NCBI GenBank assembly: GCA_011109175.1
Contig: RDEW01000016.1
Span: 492,709-556,708, forward strand
Direction of reading: 5' to 3'
DNA length: 64,000 bases
DNA from: Dicyema japonicum
Taxonomy: Eukaryota > Animalia > Dicyemida
The position numbers were made by a program, and so were the translations under genes. Below, piece by piece: positions 49,563-60,049 of the stretch. Within the stretch, counting starts at the first letter, position 1, and each line of letters opens with the position of its first letter. The notes below the pieces were generated by a model, which was not told the DNA's origin, made no database searches, and saw nothing but the letters and a program-made list of their open reading frames with translations.

Positions 49563-50660
49563 TTTTCGTGTTGTTGTGGACGGACGCACGTTATTATGAT
49601 TATGCCTGTTGTGAGAAAAGCACCTGAAAATAATTTTCCCACTTCGAAGAAAAAAGTACCAGTCAAGTCAACTGAGATGTGTTCGTCTTGTCGGCTTGTC
49701 AGAACTCGTAAGCGTGGGGTTTCCTGCTCTGCTTGTGGAGATTTCTTCCACCTCAGGTGTATCAAGCTATCCCAAGCCGCAGCGAGCGTGCTTGGAGTAT
49801 GGCACTGCCAGTCATGCTTCAGCTTATGCAGGGAGGTTCCCCGTGCCCGTGCCAACGTTAACTCTCCCGTTAATTACCCATCAACCACGGACCCAGAAAC
49901 ATTCATACGTCTCATCTCTGAATTACGTTCTTCACGGACCATCCCTGTGAGGATTCCCAAAGCCATACGACCTGTTTCTGCGGAGGCCTTTTCCAAAACG
50001 ATTGAAGATGCTTTCCGGACTAACGCAGTACATGATTGGATGCGCTTATTCAGTTTTGCGCTTTCCGCAAAGGGACTTGATCGGGAGGATCACGGAAAGG
50101 AGTCTCTCGCTACCATTATAAGGACCAACATTCGTTTTTTTTGGGAGGTATCCACATCCCCAGTTGTCCCATGGCTTTTAACAGTACGAGGGATACACGT
50201 GGTCATAACGAGGAAGTAGAAGGGCTCCGTCTTAAGAGAACTGTCCGGTCGAAGTTAATCGAATGTGACACCCGCGCAGCCATCATGGCACTTTCCTCGA
50301 GTGGATTACGAAAACCGACTCCAGACGCCTACAATATTTTACTGAACAAGCATCCACTGCCACCCCAAAACTTACGCCAAGTCGCTCCCGTATCCGGAGT
50401 GATTCCTCTGATTGCATCAAACGATGAAGTTTCCTCGCAATTTGGAATTTTGCTTTTAGTAGCAGTGGCGGGGTCGACGGAATGAGACCTGGCTACCTGA
50501 AAGATCTAACCTCTTTGTCCGTAAGAGACCAGGGACTTCGTCTTACGAATTCAATTACTTAACTTATGAACCGGATCATGTCTGGAGTTCTTCTCGAAGT
50601 TATCCTCCATGTCCTGTTCTTGACAATTTGATAGCCTGTGATAAGAAGGGAGGCGGTTAT
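49563..50660 (+). mobile_element. Second PHD-CRE 5' portion, truncated at the RT start
   Basis: CSSC..CSACGDFFHLRC..WHCQSC (49678-49817), RIPKAIR, DWMRLFSF, LLNKHP, GMRPGYLKDL, DKKGGG. Confidence 0.85.
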
Positions 50661-51059
50661 TTGCCTCTTGGTGCAATTCCGTACCATTCGAAACTCTAAA
50701 TTATTTGCATTTTGTTATTTTATTTATTAAAATACATGTCATTTTAAAACACAACCTTGCTTGGCCGTTTTCGATAACCTTTTGTGTAAATTTTTTGACA
50801 CCTCAAGAAATCCACTTATCTCATTCATTTCTCAAATATGATTTGAATGCAGAATTAACTCTTACATCCCACGGTTGAAGATATGGAATTGTTTTCGCAG
50901 GCGAGTCAGTTTTAGTCCTCAAGAACACAAAGAATATAAATATCTGAGTATTACTTAAATTCTTAAGTTCATTTTTATGCCCGATACAAAGCGACAAATT
51001 ACTGAAGACAAACGTAGAAGAGCAGCGTTATTATGTAAGACGTCTTTAAATGAAGGGAT

Positions 51060-51175
51060 TTATGCTATTCGCTGCTAAACCACCACATAGGCATTGGCTT
51101 CAGATCTTGGTTTATGAGCAGATCTCAGAATGAGCAAAGTGAAGAAGGTATCTACACAAGTTACATCCCAAACCA
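51060..51175 (-). mobile_element. Small CRE RLE fragment
   Basis: VWDVTCVDTF on the minus strand. Confidence 0.55.
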
Positions 51176-51553
51176 ATGATTTTCTCAAAAACTGTCACAA
51201 AGCTCGGGAATATATCTCGATGGCTATTAACAGTATATTGCTTTGCTATTCAAGCGCCTAGATTAGTATTTGTTTCATTTGATATATTTTATTAAAAAAA
51301 TAGTAGCATAAAAAAGAATAACGACTTATGAAATTTAATAAGTCTAAATTTATTTGTGCACATTAATATTAAAATAATATTTTGGAATTCATACTGAGTA
51401 GGGACAAAATGAACTGGTCTCTAGTAAAAATAATACATCTGGCTGTGAGCCAATAGAACTGACACCTCTCAGCTGCAATCAAAATCAATAAGTGAATATT
51501 TTAAGTAAAATAAACTATTAACCCAATTTAACCAATAAAGAATCATAATTAGC

Positions 51554-52880
51554 TTAACTAAAGAAATGGTTAGGTGAAGAATGATTTTTTACGAGATTTC
51601 ATTTTGATATAAATATTACCAATGACGTCAGTAAGTATTATAAATAGTACCAATGACAACACTAGTCCGACAACTCCACACACGATTCCAATTATTCGAT
51701 GTGTCGTCAGTTTTTTTATGGATTCACTTTCAGACGATATTAGTTCTTTAAAACTTATTTTATCTAAAATTCAAACAAATTTACTCACCATCTGCAATAT
51801 TATGATGTTTAATCGTGGTTTTTTTTCTTTAATTTCAGTAGATGATTGTGTTTCAAAGCATCCTTCATCTAAAATCAGACAGATTTATTAAAATTCTCCA
51901 ATAAATTCAAAAATCAAATCATTGCGGAAAAATTGAAATTTGAGAGATGAAATTTTGATAGTCACATTACTATAGCTTTGTGAGATGATTCCACATTGAT
52001 AAAATCCTCCCATTTAGATTTGTTTAAATTGTTTTTGAAGTGAAACGCATTTATTTCTTCTATACCCAACACAAACAGAAAAATTATGAATATGATATTT
52101 ATTCTCAAATTTTTCATACGCCATAATAGTTATTGTAGCATGTTTACTAGTCAATACATATTTATAGTAACTATAATAATATGTTAAAATATTATAATCA
52201 TAATCACTGAAATGCTCATCTGTTATCTAAGAATCAATGTTCACGTGTACAATTTTGTTATTGTCAATATATGAAATTTTGATATTTCCACTTATTACTC
52301 CTCTGATCCTCTTTTCTTTAAATAAAAACCAAATCGGCGTATTTGGGTCATTATTTGGGTTACAGTCGTTTGCTAAATAAATCTTAATTAAAACCTTTTC
52401 CAGTAAAATAATTCAAAAAACCATTATCGTGATATTGCAACTTGTTTGAATAAATTGTAACAGATAAATTATTCGTAAATCTAATATGAGTAAAACCACA
52501 TCGGTAGTAATCCCCATATTTAGTTTGTGGTCTCTTTGTGATATTTTTATAATGTTTACCACCTTAAGTACAACAAAAAAGTACCATAAACAATTTCTGT
52601 TATTAAGTCAATAGTATAAAACTCATCGTAAAAGTGTGGAATAAGTTTAAAATTCATATTATCTAAATATAAACTATAATCTCCAATAGTTTTCCAGTCA
52701 TCTATATGTTGATCCCTATTTAACATCCATAAACTAGATTCCTAAAGTTAACGAAATATATACTTTAGAAGGAGTTTTCAGAATTGCATATGAGTCAATT
52801 ACTATATATCTCCAATCACATTTTATTTTAACGATTTTGCTGAAAAGAATAAATATTACAAAATGAATAGTTCTGTTCAT
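51554..52880 (-). CDS. Predicted type I membrane protein: signal peptide, duplicated extracellular module, one TM helix, short tail
   Basis: MNRTIHFVIFILFSKIVKIKC; 22-25-nt introns keep a long frame; modules YYRCGFTHI..SVTIYS and FYQCGIIS..NVTIKI; TM IIGIVCGVVGLVLSLVLFIILT; tail ..KMKSRKNHSSPNHFFS*. Needs about two homopolymer frame corrections. Confidence 0.65.
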
Positions 52881-53194
52881 GTAATCTAAATTTTATTAGG
52901 TCAAATTTTATTTTATTTAACATTTCAATATAATTTTTTTATTTAATTATTACTTAATATCTATAATAATAGATATTTTATAACGATTTTTTATTATTAG
53001 TCAAAAATTTTAGCATGACGAATTTCTCTTGATAAATATTTTTCAATATCTTGACAAGGCGGCAAACGCCTTGTTGTGTTATATAGTTATTTGATTAAAT
53101 TTTTTTCGTTCTATCTAATGTTTTCATTAAATCCTACTAACTCAAGGGACGGCAAATGTTTGTCAGCATTCAAAAAAATAAACTATTCATCCCA

Positions 53195-53400
53195 CAGGGA
53201 GACAATTTCGTTCCCTGCCGACAAGTTCTGGAATTGATCTCAGCTTTTCGGTGGACGTCTTCTGGATCACTGTTCTTGTGTGATGGTTTTTCTGGAATAC
53301 GTCAGGATCAGTAAATTTGATTGGTTTTACTTTTGGTTTTCGGAATAATTATTTATTAATGGAAATTCACTATTATAAATAAATGTGTCAAATTCAGGAC
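53195..53400 (+). mobile_element. I-group LINE 3' end
   Basis: Similar to 34440-34600; ..VMVFLEYVRI.. Confidence 0.45.
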
Positions 53401-53639
53401 TTTGTGTATTCACGGTGCATGAAAAAGTAATTGTTTGACAAGATTTCAAAATAATAACAACAGCTTTTATTTAGAGGAATGTGAATGTTTCCACTTTTGC
53501 AGGAGGATATATATGTCGTGTCCCGCACGAGTTACTCTACCCATCCCGTGTTGGTTACAAATCACCTGTCAATCAACCCGTAGCCTGTCATTCAATCAAT
53601 ATTAATTTTTTTATGATAACTGTTATACTGAACTAATTT

Positions 53640-54395
53640 GAAGAAAGAAAATAGAATAAAAGGTTATATAGAGGCTGCTCTTCTCGGCCTTCTCATTGGC
53701 AGAACAGCTCCAGAGACAGAGAGAATGCTCCAAACTCTATTGTAATAATCCTAAATTCTGGAACTTTTTTGGATAGGAAAGGTGAAAAGGTGAATCTTAA
53801 GTTTCCTGACGGCATTCGGATCCCAAAAGAAAAGTTCCTGATGTCTTAAGATAATAACTTGCAGAAATACAAGAATTGGGTCCTCTGTTAATTTTTCCCC
53901 GAGGCATACAAACTAGTTTTTTTTAAGAGGAGCCATCCTCGCTTGTGGAAGGCCTGTGTGGAACTATTTCTATGGAGGAGGTAATTCTTGCTATCAATGG
54001 ATATAAAAATAAAGCTCCGGAATGGGATTTTATCCCCCCTGACTGTCTTCAAAAATGCTGGAATGCCATTATTGAAAACGTTATGGACTTTATTTAATTC
54101 TTCGTGGTGTTCTAGACATGTTCCTTCACGTGGATAAGGTCATTTGTACGGATGATCCCGAAGAAGAGAAAATCTAGTTTAAATCCAGAAAACTATAGGC
54201 CAATAAACCTGATATGTAGTATTTCAAAAATCATGGAAAAAATCATTTTTAACAGATTATCTAAGTATATTGAAAATAAAAAATTTTTCAGTGGGGTTTT
54301 CGCCCCACTAGAAGGACTGGAGATTGTTTTTCAATATTATCAAATTTTATATGTATTGCGAAAAAGAATAGAGAATGTCTTACGGCTGTATGTCT
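53640..54395 (+). mobile_element. I/Jockey-group LINE linker and RT N-terminus
   Basis: ISMEEVILAINGYKNKAPEWDFIPP, IPKKRK..PENYRPINLICSISKIMEKII. Confidence 0.8.
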
Positions 54396-54399
54396 AGAT

Positions 54400-55607
54400 T
54401 AGTGCTTCTCAGACTTTTTCATGCGGCACTTGGCGTAAAAATAATTTCATGCGGCACACCTTCACCAAATAAAGAGCGTACAATTATTTTGCTGGCAGAA
54501 ATGATTAAATTTTCTCCAATTGTATGGGCTTTCATTTGAGAAGCAATTAATTCCGCAACAACATAACTACATTTAATATACAGTAAACTTTTCCAAATTT
54601 GCAATTTTTGGTTCCAGCATTTTTTGCGGCAAATTTCAGAATTTAATCAATAATTTAAAATAGTCATTGGAGAAATTTCTCGCCGATGAAAATAACTAAA
54701 TTTGATTTTATTACAAATACAAAATTTTTTCAAAAAAGTATTAACTATTAAATTCTATCAAAATAAATTCAATTCCCAGATATCCCAATTTTTGACTATT
54801 AAAGTGGACCTTGAATGTTTTAATATATTTTCAAATCCATTGGCTGAGTTATTCCTGTAGCATTTTTAGGAAAAAAATTATTTTAATTTTTTCCAAATTC
54901 GATGCCAAGCAATGAAAGGACAATTATCTATAAGGAGCGAAATTGACTTCTCTGCCCTCAAAGGGTTATTGAAGTTTATCATCCAGTTAGTAAAAATAAA
55001 TCCGGTCATCCATTCTCTTTTGGAACTGTAATACGAAATAGCACACCGATAATCATATTTTTTTCGAAACACGTGGCATTTTAATTTTCCAATCAATAAT
55101 GGATTTAATTTATGATTTTCAGACGTATTTTCGCATAACATCACAGATACTCTATCTTTGAAGTAAGGTTTCGTCAAAATCAAATGCCATTTCATCAACC
55201 ATTGAATCAAGTATTTCTTTGACAGCTGGTAATATTAAGGACTCTCCAGTAGTATGAGGTATTCCTGATAACATCTGCATCAAATTTCTCAGGATGAAAA
55301 ATCTTAAGATGATTTGACATTCTTGAGGGTTAGGTAATCCCAGTTCCCGCAATCAAACGAGCCAGGAACGAAAAGAGCCATCAACTTTTCCCCACCACGG
55401 GGGTTCCCGTTTTACTTTTTTATCACAATCTATAAAATATTAAATACAATTAGAAAATATTTATAAATATATCAGTAAATAATTTTTTAGAAAAGTACAC
55501 ACAAGAAAAGTATAATTAATTAGAACAAAAAAAATATTTATAATAATTAAAAAAATTAAAATTCCAGCGCCCCTAATATGTTCCAACGTCCCCGTTAAGA
55601 ACCACTG
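54400..55607 (-). mobile_element. Internally deleted hAT (Charlie/Buster) element
   Basis: Termini tagtgcttctca and aagaaccactg; flanks gtctagat and ctttagaa fit the NTCTAGAN preference; transposase remnants KAHTIGENLII and PHTTGESLILPAVKEI. Confidence 0.7.
54878..55150 (-). mobile_element. Tigger/pogo DDE transposase fragment nested in the hAT element
   Basis: DRVSVMLC..HKLNPLLIGK..WMTGFIFTNW..SLLIDNCP. Confidence 0.8.
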
Positions 55608-56517
55608 CTTTAGAAGGATGGTACGATTCAAAAAAGAGAGACTCTATCCTCAAGAAATTTGAGAAAACGCAAAATTTTGCTTTAAAGCTTGCTTACAGGA
55701 TAAGTCCTCCCATGGAAGGAAAAATTTCCTATAGTTGAAAGGAAAAATGTGCAAGGTTGGCGGAACTATAGAAAATCTTATTGAGGTTTCAAAAATTGCA
55801 CTAAAGTATCTGTCACATCTTCAGAGATGACCCTGTGTTTACGGATTATTTTGGGAAGACTGTCGGGGTAGAAGTTGGTTGGCATGCCCTACCGTTTCAT
55901 ATTATTTCCCCCATCACTTAATTTACAGTGTTTTTTATAATAGCTTACTTACACTTTATCTTTAAAATAAATTAGTCATGCTAACTAATTTTCTTAACTT
56001 TTTTGTCTCGTCAGTCTTTTATAGGCTCTGGTTTGGCATTCACTGAAGGCGGCGTCACTCGTTTCCTTCAAGATTTGTAAAGAAATTTGCTAAATAAGCA
56101 CACCACTATAGCTTATTTGTTTCTTCCTCGCGATAAGCATCCAATGCAGTTCAGCAGGGTTAGTGATTTGCTCCTAATGACTCTTGATGTCTCACTAAGA
56201 AATTTCTACCGAGACTTTCTCATTTTTTTTCTTAAGGGTCTCGACATTTTCAGAGGCTGATCCTGGTGAGTTGACACAAGTTCAAAGTTGTAAGGGGAGA
56301 AACCATCCACATAGGTCGCAGACGAGGTATCTACAACTTTCCCATTGAAAAAAGAGTTCGGGTCTTTCGTTGGCTGAGGACAGTCAGAGAAGCACAAATT
56401 GGACCAAAAATCAAGCGGCAATAGTAGTTATTTAAAAAAATATATTTTTATTGGAGAAACATAAATAATTTTTTTAAATAAAATAATTTTCGTACAATTG
56501 CATAATTAAACGTGACC

Positions 56518-57663
56518 ATGTCTTACATAGTGGACCAATCGGGCGTCAATACAGTAAGGTATTCACTCATCATATAGAACTTTTTTGACAAAAATGTCAA
56601 CTTGAAAATGGACTATAATTACTACAAAGAAGTAAAATCTCATTTTAATGCAGAACTTTCGCGTCAAAATCAACAAAAATCTTCACGACGACATTTTCTT
56701 TGAGCTCATCAACTGTGACGTCTCCCTGGCAAATGCAATGAGGAGAATAATGATGTCGGAAGTCCCAGTAATGGCGATTGAGAAGGTCTTCATCAAACAT
56801 AACACGTGCGATTTCATTCCAGACGAGGTGATCGCTCATAGGCTCGGCCTTGTCCCTGTCTTTGCGGATCCTGATTTGTTTGAGTATAGCACAGGTACCC
56901 TTAATGTTACACGAAGACCCCTCGTCGCTGATGAGTTTTCGACGCTGGTCTTCAATTGCCGCGTAGATTGTGTCTCTGGTGTCCCTGGGAGAAAAGATTC
57001 AAAATACTGGAAGGGGTTCTGTGGTTAGGCTCATGTCCCTAAGCTTTAGTGACTTCCGGTAGTATGAAATGGGTACCCATCGGTAACCAAGCTCAGAGGG
57101 TTGCCTGTGTTGTTATTGTAGTTTTCTGATAAACAATTCCGAATGTGGAAGGTTCTTCCAGTCACGAGACTGTACTTGGGAGATGTAATCTTGTTTTGTT
57201 AACAGTTAGTACGTGGACTTTTATGTTCATTGCGTCAAGGGGATCGGAGTGGATCATGCCAAGTTCTCCCCAGTGAGTTTGTCTTGCTTTTTATTTCAGC
57301 CACGTGTTACTATAGAATGAGGCCCACGATAGAGCTGTTGAGGCCTTTTGTGGGGGAGGAGCTAGAAAGCTCAAGTCACTTTTTCCAGAGGGAGTCATTG
57401 AAATAACTGGTGAAGAAGACCGTGCGGTTGTGGTCAATGAGTATAGTGACTTGGGAGGAGTCAATATATTCAAGGACACGGAGTTGAGGGAAGGAGTGAG
57501 GATGACTAGAGTGACTTCCCATTTTCTTTGTTTGTGATCATTATTAGTTTTAGTTTATGTCGAGTCGGTTGGGGTTATTTATTCTGAGGAGATTGTTAGA
57601 AGGTCATTGCGTGTTTTGAGTGAAAAGTGCGACTCTATTTTGTCGTTTATTGATGGAATTTAA
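56518..57663 (+). CDS. POLR1C: DNA-directed RNA polymerases I and III subunit RPAC1 (AC40)
   Basis: SLANAMRRIMMSEVPVMAIEKV..DEVIAHRLGLVP, WVPIGNQA, HCVKGIGVDHAKFSPV and YVESVG..; about 8 introns of 21-26 nt; apparent 1-nt deletions near 57160 and 57360. Confidence 0.93.
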
Positions 57664-58849
57664 TTTTTTTATTCCATAAATTGTTTATGTATGTGTTGTT
57701 GTCTATGTATGAGTTGTACATCCACTTTCAACTTCACCCCTGGTAGGCAGCCAACGATAATTTCGTATCTTTTTAAATTTATGTATAAGGTCTCCTGTTT
57801 AGTGTTCGAAGCGAGTCCTCTGATGTTGATTGTAAATGGTGTAAACAGACAGACTTATAGCACGATAAAGATATTATCAAAGAGGTGTCAACTTAAACCA
57901 CAATAGTCTGACATGTTTAACATAATTTTTATACAAGTTTCTATTGCTTTTCAATATTAGGGATTTTAATTGATTTTTGTAAAAATGAAGATAATTTTTA
58001 TTGCAATTTTTTGCTGTCGTCTCAATAATTTTTTAAATCTATTTTGTTCAATTCTTAATATCCGCCTTGTCATTTTTACATATGCTCCTTGAATATCATG
58101 CACAGTGTTATTAATTAATCTGCGAATAAATTAATTTTTAAAAATTTTCGTTTTTTTATTAAATTTAAAATACACACTAAAAGAAAACGTAATTAAGTGT
58201 GAGAAAGGGCAACCTTCTGAAGTCTCTTAGGATTGTGGAGGGTCGGAAACCATTCAGTTATAAATTTTGTCGACAAACAGTACATAGAACCATATCCTAT
58301 GTTTGTCCTCCCTGGAGCCTATTCATTTCTTGGAAAAATTCACTGAAGATCGAAGCTAGTTGAAAAAGAGCTATTAGAGTTATCCAAGACGTTTCCAGAA
58401 GTTCATTGCGGGATGAACATCGATTCAGGTCATTTCTAATAGTCTGTTAGGTCATTATAATAAGTCTTAGTTACGCTTACACCATTCTGATCATATGGCG
58501 AGATTACGTCAAAAATGAGGAATTTTGAAACAATTTGTTTATCAATGTTTTCACTAATATTTGAGTTGCTGGACCAAATTTAAATCGCTATAATTATGCC
58601 TTGGTGGAGAAGAAGTAAGTGATCTCTTTGCTTTTCCACCATGACTCGACGCGAAAGCTGAGGATCTATGAAATCAACACCGCAAATTTTAGCTGGGATG
58701 ACTCGTGTTTTTTTAAGAAAACCTAGTGAACCGAGTATCACCAATCTGAGTCAATCCCCAAGACCGCACGTCACCAAAACAGAATATTGGAAATAAATTG
58801 AAAATTATCAAGTTCGACTTTGCCCATACAACATTGTCAAGAGCGGTAG

Positions 58850-59120
58850 ACACACTCCATGCCGCTGAAAAACGATGATGGCAAAATGAGAAGAAATACG
58901 AAGCCCTACGAGACCGATTAGCGTTCTATCCGATTTTGGTCGAGACAACTGGGGATTAAGTGGAAAATCACTTGGCTTCCTGAAGAAACTTGGACGCCTA
59001 GCTGCACTAAAATGCCACGACGTACGTGAGACCCGGTGGCTTCTCCAGTTGATTTCTGTTGCAATCGGAGAGGCGTCGATAATGTCGACGGAGACCACTT
59101 TGGATGGATGTGTTAATTAA
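58850..59120 (+). mobile_element. CRE-like 3' end
   Basis: KKYEALRDRLAFYPILVETT..FLKKLGRL..ETRWLLQLISVAI; terminal ccactttggatggatg also occurs at ~42200. Confidence 0.75.
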
Positions 59121-60049
59121 TTATTTTTAAATTGTTAAAATCAATTTGAAAAAATTTGAATTGTATGAAAATTAAAGTTCAATAAATGATTCATCCTCAA
59201 GGTGAATAATCCGAGTGTTTCAATAGATCTAATATTCTGAATAACACGAGTACCAAGTATGCATGTGTCACAGCAGGGAAATAAATTTCATTAAAATCTG
59301 ACATGAAATTTAATAAAACAGCAGTAATTCCCCCAATTTATTATTAATCGCTCTAAGGCACTTATGAATGTCGAAAAGACTTTCTCAAAGCTCTCTCAAT
59401 TACAGGCGCAGATTCAGCCGATGGATGTAAATTATTATAAGCGGGAAAAAATTAATCGTTCGGTCACTATATAAAAACGAAAATCACCCAAGAAAGCCAT
59501 TTCATGTGTAATGTCGCTGCTTCTGACAGTTTACCTTACATATTCACATATTTTATTTACAAGGGTCGGCAAGAAACGTCTTATTTTGTTGTATGGTAGT
59601 CTGTTATTCCATAACTAATAGTTTGTCGATATCTTCTGGTGTATCAGTCAGGTTGTACAGAAGCATATACGGAAGTTGCACAAAGTGGTGGGTCTCTAGA
59701 AATAACTCATGTGAGCCTCCAGCAAAACGAGACTCTCAATTTTCTTGGAGGAATTCGTGAGGTTTTCTTGTAATGAAAACTGAAAATAACTGACTGTCTT
59801 CTAATATATAAGGTTACTGCCAAGGAACTGAAATTGTCCAATCTGAGCGTGATTATGGGAATAATCTTTTCATGAGCAGAGGGATCATGAAAAATCACTT
59901 GCTGGTTTGATAATTTTATTTCTGATTGTAGAAGCATCCAGGAAATCCATTTATGTGAGGGGATTCCGCAGTATTTCAACCATATCCTTGAGGAATTTGT
60001 CGTTGACAAGTCGAGACAGAAGATTGTGACTGATTCCCCCCCCCCCCCG

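Noticed and set aside
53680-53691. cttctcggcctt matches the U2 snRNA 5' end
   Set aside because: Only 12 nt within a LINE linker; no GTAGTA branch-pairing region follows.
55990-56421. Head-to-head partner gene of POLR1C
   Set aside because: The ORF starts at TTG with no nearby ATG, and I could not build a consistent splice model or find a family motif.
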